64,000 bases of DNA, from the NCBI GenBank assembly GCA_949295285.1, contig CASFKI010000049.1:1506-65505 (forward strand), written 5' to 3'. Below are positions 1-9,272 of this stretch, in pieces (within the stretch, counting starts at the first letter, position 1; each line of letters begins with the position of its first letter). Below the pieces are notes generated by a model. The model saw only the letters and a program-made list of their open reading frames with translations. It made no database searches and was not told where the DNA came from. The stretch comes from an uncultured bacterium (GTDB lineage Bacteria > Bacillota_I > Bacilli_A > RF39 > UBA660). A program made the position numbers and the translations under genes.

Positions 1-1
1 T

Positions 2-676
2 TGGTCAAGTTCAGTTGGAACACCAATTAAAAAAGGAACAGTTGGCAAAATATTAGTTGGTAGTGATCCGATGGTTGTAAATAGTGATACGATGGAAGAA
101 GTTAAATACGGTGAAGAAGGAACGTTACTAATTTCTGGAAAACATGTATTTAAAGGATATTATAAAGATAAAGATTTAACAGAAAAAGAAATGGTTACAA
201 TTAATGGTAAGAGATATTACAATACTAGAACAGTTGGATCATTAGATGAAGATAGATATTTTAAATTAACTGGAAGAGAATCAAGATTTTATATATTAAA
301 TGATGGAAATAAAGTTTATTGTGAGAAAATACAAAACTTTATTTCATTAATAGATGTTGTAAGAGCATGTGTTGTTGTACCAAAACCAAATGATGAAACT
401 AGATTTTCTGGTAAAGCATATATTGTTCTAAAAGAGGGAATAACTCCAGATGAAAATTTAAAAGAATATATTATTAATGAGTGTAGTAAAGAATATATTC
501 TTCCTAATGGAGATAAAAAGAGTTTAGCATCATTTGAAGTACCATTGGATATAGAGTTTGTAAATGAAATACGTCATACAGATGCTGATAAAATAGACTT
601 TAAATACTATGAAAAAGATGCTGAAGAAGAATATAATAATGGAAATAATCATTTGCTAAGATTAACGAAAAAATAA
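2..676 (+). CDS. AMP-dependent synthetase/ligase (acyl-CoA synthetase-like), C-terminal portion; 5' end outside window
   Basis: The frame of ORF 71..676 stays open to the window edge (WSSSVGTPIKKGTVGKILVGSDP...). This is the conserved adenylate-forming core followed by the small C-terminal subdomain (GSLDEDRYFKLTGRESRF). Family call is from motif recall only. Confidence 0.65.
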   Translation, partial: WSSSVGTPIKKGTVGKILVGSDPMVVNSDTMEEVKYGEEGTLLISGKHVFKGYYKDKDLTEKEMVTINGKRYYNTRTVGSLDEDRYFKLTGRESRFYILNDGNKVYCEKIQNFISLIDVVRACVVVPKPNDETRFSGKAYIVLKEGITPDENLKEYIINECSKEYILPNGDKKSLASFEVPLDIEFVNEIRHTDADKIDFKYYEKDAEEEYNNGNNHLLRLTKK

Positions 677-803
677 TTAATAAAAGTAATTCTAAACGCT
701 AGAGTTACTTTTTATATTTTATTTGAAATAATTTATTTCATTAATTTACAATTAAAATTATGTATGATATAATACAAATATAATACAATAGAGGTGGTTA
801 TAG

Positions 804-2675
804 ATGGATTTTACTAACGTATTAATTTTTTGCCTAATTATGTCAATCATACTTATAATATCATTTTTTTCAAGGAATAAAATAACATCTGATGAGACTA
901 ATATTTATTCAAAAATGTTAATAATCAATATGATTGGAATATTACTTGAATTATCTTTTAATTTCTATGATGTTTATATAACTGGTTATTCTTTGAAAAA
1001 AATATTAATGGATTTATATTTTGTATATTTGCTTGGTTTTATATCGTATGTTGCGGTATATATAGTTAAAATATGTTTTACTAACAAAGGCGATGAATTC
1101 CATAAAATTTTTAGATATATAGTGTTGATTTCATTTTTAATATTTTCAGTTTTAGTATTTACTTTACCTGTTGAAATTAGAGATGGATATTCTATTGGTC
1201 CATCGGCTAATGTTGTATATATATATTCTTATATTTATTTTATAATTAGTGGTATAGCATTTTTTATAAATATAAAAACAGTTGCTTATGGTAAGATGCT
1301 TCCGATGTTTTTACTAGCTTTATTCTCTTCAATATTAACAATAATTCAAAAGGTAAATCCAGAGATTGTTATAATGACCGAGTGTCATTTTATGATATTG
1401 TTTATAATGTATCATACAATAGAAAACCCTGATGAAAAAGTAGCTAGAGTGGAAGCTGAAGCTAAAAATGAAGCTGAAAGAGCAAATAGAGCTAAAAGTG
1501 AATTCTTAGCAAGTATGTCTCATGAACTTAGAACTCCATTAAATGCAATTATTGGATTAAGTGAAGATATTGAAGCATCTAAAGAACACACAACACCAAG
1601 TATTCAAGAAGATAGTGCTGATATAATTAATGCATCTAACACTTTACTTGAATTAATTGGCAATATTTTAGATATTAGTAAAATTGAAAGTGGCAAATTA
1701 GAAATAATAGAAACTTATTATGATCCAGTTGAAGAAATAGAGTCATTAGTTAAAATAATGAGAACTAAAGTTGCCGAGAAACCAATCGAATTAGTTGTAA
1801 ATATTTCTAATAATATGCCTAGAGTTTTATATGGTGATAGACTTAGAATTAAACAAATAGTTAACAATTTCTTAAGTAATGCTGTCAAATATACAGAAAA
1901 AGGAACAATAACATTAGATCTATTATGGCTTGATAAAGAAGATAAATTATCTATTAAAGTTGGTGATACTGGCAATGGAATAAAGAAAGAAGATTTGGAT
2001 AAAGTATTTGGTAAATTTGAAAGATTACAAGTTGAGAAAATTAGTACTGCACAAGGAACTGGACTTGGGCTTGCAATTACTAAAAATTTAGTAGAACTAA
2101 TGAATGGTGAAGTTGGTGTATATAGTGTATATGGACAAGGAACAACTTTTTATGCTGTAATACCACAAAAAATTGGTACATTAGGTGATCTTGCAAAAGT
2201 TAAACAATTATCGACTTATAAATCAATAGATTTAAATCAATATAGTGGCAAGAGAATATTAATTGTTGATGATAATCAATTAAATATTAAAGTATTAAAA
2301 AAATTGTTAAAAACATATAACTTTATAATTGATGAGTGTTATAATGGAAAAGAATGTGTTAATAAAATTTATAATGGAAATAAGTATGATTTAATTTTAC
2401 TTGATAATTTAATGCCAGTTATGGATGGAGAAGAAACAATTAAAATATTAAAAGCAATACCTGGATTTAACACACATGTTATAGCATTAACAGCAGATGC
2501 GATGACTGGAGCATATGAAAAATATGTTAGTATGGGGTTTGATGATTATTTAGCAAAACCATTTACTCGTGATGCAATAGTTCAAAAATTAGGGACAGTA
2601 TTTAGTGAAAATGATCAAGCAATTGGTATTGGTCCAATAGAAAAAATTGTTGATAAAAATAATATTATTAATTAA
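804..2675 (+). CDS. Hybrid sensor histidine kinase / response regulator (multi-TM sensor, HisKA, HATPase_c, REC)
   Basis: About 6 hydrophobic helices in the first 200 aa. H-box SHELRTPLNAI, N-box LSNAVKYTEKG, G-boxes DTGNGI and GTGLGLAI. C-terminal receiver domain: ILIVDDN, DLILLDNLMPVMDG, ALTADA, LAKPF. Confidence 0.85.
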   Translation: MDFTNVLIFCLIMSIILIISFFSRNKITSDETNIYSKMLIINMIGILLELSFNFYDVYITGYSLKKILMDLYFVYLLGFISYVAVYIVKICFTNKGDEFHKIFRYIVLISFLIFSVLVFTLPVEIRDGYSIGPSANVVYIYSYIYFIISGIAFFINIKTVAYGKMLPMFLLALFSSILTIIQKVNPEIVIMTECHFMILFIMYHTIENPDEKVARVEAEAKNEAERANRAKSEFLASMSHELRTPLNAIIGLSEDIEASKEHTTPSIQEDSADIINASNTLLELIGNILDISKIESGKLEIIETYYDPVEEIESLVKIMRTKVAEKPIELVVNISNNMPRVLYGDRLRIKQIVNNFLSNAVKYTEKGTITLDLLWLDKEDKLSIKVGDTGNGIKKEDLDKVFGKFERLQVEKISTAQGTGLGLAITKNLVELMNGEVGVYSVYGQGTTFYAVIPQKIGTLGDLAKVKQLSTYKSIDLNQYSGKRILIVDDNQLNIKVLKKLLKTYNFIIDECYNGKECVNKIYNGNKYDLILLDNLMPVMDGEETIKILKAIPGFNTHVIALTADAMTGAYEKYVSMGFDDYLAKPFTRDAIVQKLGTVFSENDQAIGIGPIEKIVDKNNIIN

Positions 2676-2701
2676 ACATGAATTTATTTCATGTTTTTTT
2701 A
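2674..2701 (+). terminator. Rho-independent terminator after the kinase gene
   Basis: aaacatgaa / ttcatgttt 9-bp inverted repeat with a 5-nt loop, followed by a T-run. Confidence 0.6.
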
Positions 2702-2712
2702 TACAATTTAAT

Positions 2713-2928
2713 ATGAGAAATAAAGATTATGAAATAAATATATTTAAAAATTTAATACATATTAAAAATTATAATAAAATAAAAGATATTGATTCGAAAT
2801 ATATCATTATTTGTTTTGATGATAATAGTGTTAAAATAAATGGAAAAAATTTAATAATTAATAAATTAGATGAGTATGAACTAAGTATAATTGGTGAATT
2901 TAAGGGAATAGATATCTTAAATGAATAA
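2713..2928 (+). CDS. yqfC: YqfC-like sporulation protein (YabP family)
   Basis: 71 aa from ATG 2713; the track start at 2647 lies inside the kinase gene and its terminator. The pattern resembles YabP/YqfC (KINGKNLIINKLDEYELSIIGEFKGIDIL). Sits directly upstream of and overlaps a YqfD-like gene, as in B. subtilis yqfC-yqfD. Confidence 0.55.
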   Translation: MRNKDYEINIFKNLIHIKNYNKIKDIDSKYIIICFDDNSVKINGKNLIINKLDEYELSIIGEFKGIDILNE

Positions 2929-4087
2929 CAAAGTTTTAATAGAAGTTAAAAGTATTTCGAATAAATTTATTAATTATTTAGTTTATCATAATATAAAATA
3001 TTCATATTTAATAAAAAACAATAATTTATATAAATTAATAGTTAGTTATGATGATTATAAAAAAATTAATAGAAGATATGAAACTAAAATAATAAGATAT
3101 TATGGATTAAAATATTATATTAAAGCAATAAATAAACACAAATATATTTTAATATCTTTTATTGTTAGTTTATTTTTGTTAAAATTACTTACAAATACTA
3201 TTTTTAATATTGAAATAAAAACTGATGATATACAATTAAAAAATAATATATTAAATATTCTCAAAAATAATGATATAGATATTTACAAAAAAAAGAAAAA
3301 TTTTAATGAATTAAATATAATTAAGAAAAAAATATTAGAGGAGAATAATGATATATTAGAATGGATTGAAATTAATGAAAAAGGAAATAAATATACTGTC
3401 AATTTAACACCTAAAGTTATTAAAAATAATATTGTTAATAATACACCATGTGATATTATTTCTGATAAAGAAGGTGTTATTAAACATATAGTAGTATATA
3501 GTGGAAGCAAAATAAAAGAAGAAAATGAGTATGTTAAAAAAGGTGATGTAATAATTAGTGGTAATGTTTATAAAGATGAAAGTATTATTGATCAAGTAAA
3601 AGCAAATGGCCAAATATATGCTGAAGTATGGTATACATCTAAAATAAATATACCTCTTAAATATGTAGATAGAGTTAAAACTGGAAAAATAGTAAATCAT
3701 TATTATGTTGAATTGTTTAATCACAAGTTTAGTTTAATTGGAAAATATGAAAGTAAAAATAGCATGAATGAAAAAAAAGTATTAATTGATAAGCCATATT
3801 TAAAATTCAAATTATATAGAGAAATTAAAACCGAATATGAATATAAAGAGTTTAATTTAACACATGATGAAGCATATAATGAAGGACTAAAAAGAAGTGA
3901 TGAATATATGGAAAAAACTTTATCAGATGGAGAATATATTATTTCAAAAAATGTTTTGAAAAAACAAGTAAATAGTAGTAAAATGTATATAGAAGTATTT
4001 TATAAAGTTTATGAAAGTATTGGGGTTACTTCTAAAATATTAGAAAAGGAAGATTTAAATGAGATCAGCAGTAATGCAAGTAGTTAA
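2921..4087 (+). CDS. yqfD: YqfD-like stage IV sporulation protein
   Basis: 388 aa with a central TM helix (ILISFIVSLFLLKLL). C-terminal segment DIISDKEGVIKHIVVYSGSKIKEENEYVKKGDVIISG is typical of YqfD. Position upstream of ybeY-dgkA-cdd-era-recO matches Bacillus synteny. Confidence 0.65.
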   Translation: MNNKVLIEVKSISNKFINYLVYHNIKYSYLIKNNNLYKLIVSYDDYKKINRRYETKIIRYYGLKYYIKAINKHKYILISFIVSLFLLKLLTNTIFNIEIKTDDIQLKNNILNILKNNDIDIYKKKKNFNELNIIKKKILEENNDILEWIEINEKGNKYTVNLTPKVIKNNIVNNTPCDIISDKEGVIKHIVVYSGSKIKEENEYVKKGDVIISGNVYKDESIIDQVKANGQIYAEVWYTSKINIPLKYVDRVKTGKIVNHYYVELFNHKFSLIGKYESKNSMNEKKVLIDKPYLKFKLYREIKTEYEYKEFNLTHDEAYNEGLKRSDEYMEKTLSDGEYIISKNVLKKQVNSSKMYIEVFYKVYESIGVTSKILEKEDLNEISSNASS

Positions 4088-4658
4088 TATGTCTTGGCCA
4101 ACCATAGTTATTGTATCTTGTGTATTAATAATTATGAGAGTTACTATTTTAATAAAAAGCGATAGAAAAAATTTTGTTTTACATGAAGAAATATTTAATT
4201 TATTATTTATAATATACTTAATTGCATTATTTCAACTTGTTACTAGTCAAGATATTGCTGGTGGTGGGTCAAATTTTACTCCTTTTAAAGAAATATTTAG
4301 ATATGAGTATGGAACTAGCGAATTTTATAAACAAGTATTTGGAAATATATTATTATTTATTCCTTTTGGATATTTTGTATCTAGATATTGTAAAATAAAA
4401 GGCATGTTTTCAATAACGATTATATCATTGATTTCAAGTGGAGTTATAGAATGTACGCAACATTTTATCGGTAGAAGTTTTGATGTTGATGATATAATAC
4501 TAAATACTATTGGTGGTATTATAGGTTTTTTGATTTTTATTGGATTAAATGCAATAAAAAATCATTTACCTAAAATTTTTAGAAAAAGATGGTTTTATAA
4601 TCTACTTAGTATATTAGTAATAATAATATTTATACTTTATTTGTTAAAAATTATATAA
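4059..4658 (+). CDS. VanZ-family membrane protein
   Basis: Four or five TM helices. VanZ-like motifs FTPFKEI and LLFIPFGYF, and the C-terminal DVDDIILNTIGGIIGF. RBS aaaggaag lies upstream of ATG 4059. Confidence 0.6.
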   Translation: MRSAVMQVVNMSWPTIVIVSCVLIIMRVTILIKSDRKNFVLHEEIFNLLFIIYLIALFQLVTSQDIAGGGSNFTPFKEIFRYEYGTSEFYKQVFGNILLFIPFGYFVSRYCKIKGMFSITIISLISSGVIECTQHFIGRSFDVDDIILNTIGGIIGFLIFIGLNAIKNHLPKIFRKRWFYNLLSILVIIIFILYLLKII

Positions 4659-4668
4659 AGGGGGGACT

Positions 4669-5109
4669 ATGAAAAATTATATTTTTAATGAAACTGATGA
4701 AGAAATTGACTTCACAGAGTTAGATCAAGTGATTAAATTCGCATGTAATTACTTAAATATTAAAAATCCTTTATTAAATATAGTAGTTGTTGATAATAAT
4801 AGAATTCGACAAATAAATAAAGATTATAGAAATAAAGATGCAGTTACGGATGTTATATCTTTTGCTTTTGAAGAAGTAAAAGATGTTGAGTATAGTAATT
4901 TTAGATTTTTAGGGGAAATATATATATCTTATGAAAGATGTGTTAGTCAAGCTAAAGACTATGGTCATAGTATTAAAAGAGAATTTTGTTATTTAGCAGT
5001 TCATGGATTATTACATTTATTAGGATATGATCATATGAATGAAGAAGATAAAGAAGTCATGAGAGCTCTTGAGGAGGAGATATTAAGTAAATATGATATC
5101 AAGAGATGA
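4669..5109 (+). CDS. ybeY: Endoribonuclease YbeY (rRNA maturation)
   Basis: HGLLHLLGYDH zinc motif (H-x3-H-x5-H), 146 aa, RBS aaaggggggac. Confidence 0.9.
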   Translation: MKNYIFNETDEEIDFTELDQVIKFACNYLNIKNPLLNIVVVDNNRIRQINKDYRNKDAVTDVISFAFEEVKDVEYSNFRFLGEIYISYERCVSQAKDYGHSIKREFCYLAVHGLLHLLGYDHMNEEDKEVMRALEEEILSKYDIKR

Positions 5110-5485
5110 AAGAAAAAATCAAAAAGGGATTAAAAAATTTATAAATAGTTTTAAATATCCTATTAAGGGACTTAGATATGCATATAATAATGAGCAAAAT
5201 TTAGTAGTCGATGTAGGTATTGCACTAGTGGTTTGCATATTTGGAGTTTTATTTCATATTAATAAATATGAATGGGCTATTTTAGTTTTAACAATAGGAC
5301 TTGTAATATCTTGTGAATTAATTAATACTGCTATTGAAGCAGTAGTTGATCTTGTAACACAAGAATATCATCCACTTGCTAAAGTTGCTAAAGATACAAG
5401 TGCCGCAGCGGTATTTATTTTTGCATTAGTAGCAATAATAGTTGGAATAATAATATTTGTTCCTAAAATAATCAGTTTAATATAA
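5093..5485 (+). CDS. dgkA: Diacylglycerol / undecaprenol kinase DgkA
   Basis: Three TM helices. ELINTAIEAVVD and AKDTSAAAV motifs. Conserved position after ybeY. Confidence 0.85.
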   Translation: MISRDERKNQKGIKKFINSFKYPIKGLRYAYNNEQNLVVDVGIALVVCIFGVLFHINKYEWAILVLTIGLVISCELINTAIEAVVDLVTQEYHPLAKVAKDTSAAAVFIFALVAIIVGIIIFVPKIISLI

Positions 5486-5494
5486 AGGAGTAGT

Positions 5495-5875
5495 ATGAAA
5501 GAAAAATTAGAAAAATTATTGAATAATAGTTATGCCCCATATTCAAATATGCATTTTGCTTGTATAGTTGAGATGAAAAGTGGCAATTTTTATTCAGGCG
5601 TTAATGTAGAAAATGCATCATATGGTGGAAGTATATGCGCTGAGAGAAATGCAATAAATAATGCTATAAGTCATGGTGAAAAAGATTTTAAAGTATTATA
5701 TTTAATGACAAATAGTGATAATATATGCTATCCATGTAATATATGTAAACAAACTTTTTTAGAATTTTTTGATAAAGAAGTTATTTTTAATATAATGACT
5801 AAAAGTGGGAAAATGGAAGTCATGACTTTTGAAAAATTGATGACAACTACATTCTCTAAGGAGAATTTAGTATGA
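5495..5875 (+). CDS. cdd: Cytidine deaminase
   Basis: CAERNAI and PCNICKQ zinc-binding motifs, 126 aa. Confidence 0.9.
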   Translation: MKEKLEKLLNNSYAPYSNMHFACIVEMKSGNFYSGVNVENASYGGSICAERNAINNAISHGEKDFKVLYLMTNSDNICYPCNICKQTFLEFFDKEVIFNIMTKSGKMEVMTFEKLMTTTFSKENLV

Positions 5876-6762
5876 AAAGTGGTTTTGTAAGTATAATTGG
5901 TAGACCTAATACTGGTAAAAGTACACTGTTGAATTCAATTATAAAAGAAAAAGTAGCTATTATTTCGCCAAAACCTCAAACCACAAGAAATTTAATTCAA
6001 GGGATATATAATGAAGAGGACACACAAATAGTTTTTGTTGATACTCCTGGAATTCATAAACCAATAGATAAACTTGGTGTAGTATTAAATGATCAAGCAT
6101 ATTATTCGATAAATGATGTAGATATAATTTTATTTGTAGTTGATGCTAGTGAAAAGTATGGTAAAGGTGATCAATTTATTATTGACAAACTTCAAGAAAT
6201 AGATAAACCAGTTTTTTTAGTTTTGAATAAAATAGATAAATTAACTGATAATGAAATATTTTTAAAAATAAATGAATATAAGAATTTATATGAATTTGCA
6301 GAAATAATTCCAGTGTCTGCGCTAAAGAACGATAATACTGATAGATTAATAAAAGTTCTTAAAAATTATTTACCAGATAGTGTAAAATATTTTATGGATG
6401 GTGAAACTACTACAACTGAATTAGATTTTAGATTATCTGAACTTGTTAGAGAAAAAATATTTATACATACTAATGATGAAGTACCACATTCAATATCATG
6501 TAAATTAATTGGTTATGAAGAAGAAAGTGATATAGTTAAGGTGTATATAGATATTATAGTTGATAGAGATTCATTAAAAAAAATAATCGTTGGAGCAGGC
6601 GGACAAATGATAAAAACAATAGGGCATGAAGCGAGAGTGGATATGGAGAATTTATTAGGAAAAAAAGTATATCTTGAATTATATTGTAAAACTATAAAAA
6701 AATGGAGAGAAAAAGAAAAATACATTAAAGATTTAGGGTATTTAATTAAAAATGATGAATAA
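5872..6762 (+). CDS. era: GTPase Era
   Basis: G1 GRPNTGKST, G3 DTPG, G4 NKID, and a C-terminal KH domain. Confidence 0.95.
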   Translation: MKSGFVSIIGRPNTGKSTLLNSIIKEKVAIISPKPQTTRNLIQGIYNEEDTQIVFVDTPGIHKPIDKLGVVLNDQAYYSINDVDIILFVVDASEKYGKGDQFIIDKLQEIDKPVFLVLNKIDKLTDNEIFLKINEYKNLYEFAEIIPVSALKNDNTDRLIKVLKNYLPDSVKYFMDGETTTTELDFRLSELVREKIFIHTNDEVPHSISCKLIGYEEESDIVKVYIDIIVDRDSLKKIIVGAGGQMIKTIGHEARVDMENLLGKKVYLELYCKTIKKWREKEKYIKDLGYLIKNDE

Positions 6763-6806
6763 TATTTTTAAAATCCCTGCAATATAATATTGTAAGGAGA
6801 GAAAAT

Positions 6807-6887
6807 ATGACTAAAAATGAAGCATGGAAAAAATTTAAGGAAACTGGAAAAATAGAATATTATTTAGAATATAAGAAAGGAAAATAA
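6807..6887 (+). CDS. yqzL: YqzL-like small protein (26 aa), absent from the ORF track
   Basis: ATG 6807 is preceded by aaggagag. Translation is MTKNEAWKKFKETGKIEYYLEYKKGK. Both the W-x2-F-x2-TG-x-I-x-YYL pattern and the era/recO intergenic position match Bacillus yqzL. Confidence 0.5.
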   Translation: MTKNEAWKKFKETGKIEYYLEYKKGK

Positions 6888-6916
6888 GCATAAAGATAAT
6901 CTTTATGCTTTAATTT
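6888..6916 (+). terminator. Hairpin plus T-rich tract after yqzL-like ORF
   Basis: gcataaag / ctttatgc 8-bp stem with a 5-nt loop, then tttaattt. Confidence 0.45.
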
Positions 6917-6920
6917 AAAC

Positions 6921-7649
6921 ATGAAGATTATTAGTGTAGAGGCAATAGTAGTAGGGGTAACACCATATAAAGAAAATAGTAGAATAATTAATATATTTAC
7001 AAAAGATCATGGAATTATAGGATGTTATTCTAAAGGATGTAAAAATATTAAAAGTAAACTTAGATTAATAAGTGAAAGATTTGCATATGCTAAATTCCAA
7101 ATATCTTATAAAGATAAAGGCTTATCTATTTTATTAGAAGGCGATATAATAAACTATTTTGATAACATTAAAAATGATATTATTAAGCTAAGTTATTTAA
7201 CTTATATATGTGATTTATCAACTAAGGTATATAAAGAATGTGAAGATAGTGAAGTATATGATTTAATGATGAGTGCCATTAATAAAATAGAAGCTGATTT
7301 TAATCCTAAAATAATAACTAATATATTGGAATTACAATATTTAAATTATATTGGAATTAAATTAAATTTAGATGAGTGTGTTTGTTGTGGAAGTAGTAAA
7401 GTAGTAACATTGTCTCTTGAAAGAGGAGGATATGTATGTGCTAAATGCTTAAAAAATGAACCAATTATAAGTGAAAAAGTTATTAAGCTATTAAGACTTT
7501 ATAATTATGTAGATATATCTAAAATAAATAATCTTGAAATAGATGAAGATGTATCAAATAAAATAAATATTATAATAGATGAATATTATGACAGATATTC
7601 TGGAATTAGTACGAAAAGTAAGAAGTTTTTAAAAGAAATTGATAGTTGA
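6921..7649 (+). CDS. recO: DNA repair protein RecO
   Basis: N-terminal OB-fold region. Zinc finger CVCCGSS...YVCAKC. Conserved era-recO synteny. Confidence 0.85.
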   Translation: MKIISVEAIVVGVTPYKENSRIINIFTKDHGIIGCYSKGCKNIKSKLRLISERFAYAKFQISYKDKGLSILLEGDIINYFDNIKNDIIKLSYLTYICDLSTKVYKECEDSEVYDLMMSAINKIEADFNPKIITNILELQYLNYIGIKLNLDECVCCGSSKVVTLSLERGGYVCAKCLKNEPIISEKVIKLLRLYNYVDISKINNLEIDEDVSNKINIIIDEYYDRYSGISTKSKKFLKEIDS

Positions 7650-7670
7650 ATTATCAATTTCTTTTTATTT
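7635..7670 (+). terminator. Rho-independent terminator overlapping the recO stop
   Basis: gaaattgata / tatcaatttc 10-bp stem with a 7-nt loop, then ctttttattt. Confidence 0.65.
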
Positions 7671-7801
7671 GATACATAGTTGTGGGAGAAACTCTTTAAT
7701 TAAAGTTGATGAAATCTTTAAAGTAAACATAGTACAAAATGTAAAATGAATATTTGCTTTTTTTTAAAATATAGTATAATATGAGCAGGAGATGATATTA
7801 T

Positions 7802-9032
7802 ATGAAAAATATTTACCTAGAATTGTTGATGATATTTTAAAAAATAAATTAGATATATGGGTGCAGTTGTAATAAAAGAACCTAAATGGTGTGGAAAATC
7901 AACAATGGCTAAACAAGTTAGTAAAAGTGTAATAGAATTGCAAGATTCTGATAAAAAAATTCAATATGATAATATTAGTGAAACTAAACCATCTTTATTT
8001 TTAGAAGGTGAAAAGCCAAGATTGTTTGATGAGTGGCGAATGTGTCCTATTATATGGGATTCAATTAGAACTAATATAGATTATACTGGTGAAAAAAGGC
8101 AATATATATTAAAAGGTTCAGCAAAACCATTCGAAGATTGTATCATGCATACAGGAACTGGAAGAATTTCCAAACTACTTATGAGAACAATTTCATTATA
8201 TGAATCTGGTGATTCTAATGGATTAGTTTCTTTAAAAGATATTATTGATGGTAAAGAAATATCAGGTGTATCAAATTTAGAACTAGAAGATATTAAAAAT
8301 GCTATGATAAGATGCGGTTGGACTGAATCATTAAATATTAGTTGAGAAAATAGATTTAAAGTTGCTAAAGAATATGCTTAAATTTTAGTTAATGAAGAAG
8401 TTAGAACTATAGATGGAGTAGAAAGAGATAAAATAAAGATGGAATCTTTATTGAAAAGTATAAGTAAAAATGTTTCTACATCAACAAATAAAAAGACAAT
8501 ATCAAATAATATGTCAATTATTTTTAAAGAAGAAATATCAGACCAACAGTAGATGATTATTTAACTATATTAGAAAAACTATTTGTATTAGAATATGTAC
8601 TTGCTACAAATTTAAATTTAAGATCATCTATACAATTAAGAACTAATCCAAAAATAGAATTAGTAGATACTTCTATAGTAATTGCTTCTTTAGTATTATT
8701 TAATAAATGATTTAAATTTTATTGGATTTATATTTGAGAATATGTGTTATAGAGATTTAAAAATATATGATGATTCTTTAGGAGCTGAATTATTTTATTA
8801 TAGAGATAATAAAGATTATGAAGTTGATTTTATATTACGATGTGAAAATGGTAAATGGGGGGCTATTGAGGTAAAATTATGTGCAAAGCAAATAGAAGAA
8901 TCAGCAAATAATTTAAAGAAGTTTAAAGAAAAGGTTGATGTTGAAAAGAGTGGAGAGCCATCATTTTTACTTGTTTTAAGTGGGGGGAATTATCATATGT
9001 ACGTAAAAATAGAATATATGTTGTATCAATAG
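7802..9032 (+). pseudogene. Degraded AAA+ ATPase gene of the AAA_14/DUF4143 (COG1373-like) type
   Basis: Homolog-like sequence is spread over three frames. Pieces are (M)KKYLPRIVDDILKNKLDI, GAVVIKEPKWCGKSTMAKQ...GTGRISKLLMRTISLYESGDSNG (ORF 7857..8345), VRTIDGVERDKIKMESLLKSISKN with in-frame stops, and YRDLKIYDDSLGAELFYYRDNKDYEVDFI...GAIEVKL (ORF 8742..9032). At least 3 frameshifts and 2 or more stops. The first shift sits in the A-run just after ATG 7802. Confidence 0.7.
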
Positions 9033-9118
9033 GAAATCTAAAGAATTATTTGTTTTTAATACCAAAAATATAATAAAACACTTGCTCATCAATTGGATGA
9101 TTTATGCATTACATTTTG

Positions 9119-9160
9119 ATATTTATACTAGTTATATTTAATAAAATATGACTAGTTTTT
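9119..9160 (+). repeat. Copy A of a ~42-nt terminator-like hairpin repeat
   Basis: atatttatactagttatattt is identical over 21 nt to 10210..10230. It is followed by an imperfect hairpin, actagttatat...atatgactagt, and a T-run. Confidence 0.6.
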
Positions 9161-9218
9161 ATGTGATTATATTTATAAAAATACATAAGAATCAATTATC
9201 AGCAACTTTTTTCAAAAC

Positions 9219-9247
9219 TTGACTGAGTATTGCTTCAATAGTATAAT
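9219..9247 (+). promoter_or_regulatory. Sigma-A type promoter in front of the disrupted secreted-protein gene
   Basis: TTGACT (9219-9224), a 17-nt spacer, then TATAAT (9242-9247). The track's TTG start at 9219 is actually this -35 box. Confidence 0.5.
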
Positions 9248-9272
9248 TTATATAAGATACAATAGTTTGAGA

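Noticed and set aside
2647-2712. The track start for the yqfC-like ORF, inside the kinase gene.
   Set aside because: The region contains the kinase stop and its terminator hairpin. The first plausible start is ATG 2713.
9219-9272. The track start (TTG 9219) for the first fragment of the secreted-protein pseudogene.
   Set aside because: 9219-9224 is the -35 hexamer TTGACT of a TTGACT-17-TATAAT promoter. Translation more plausibly began at ATG 9273.
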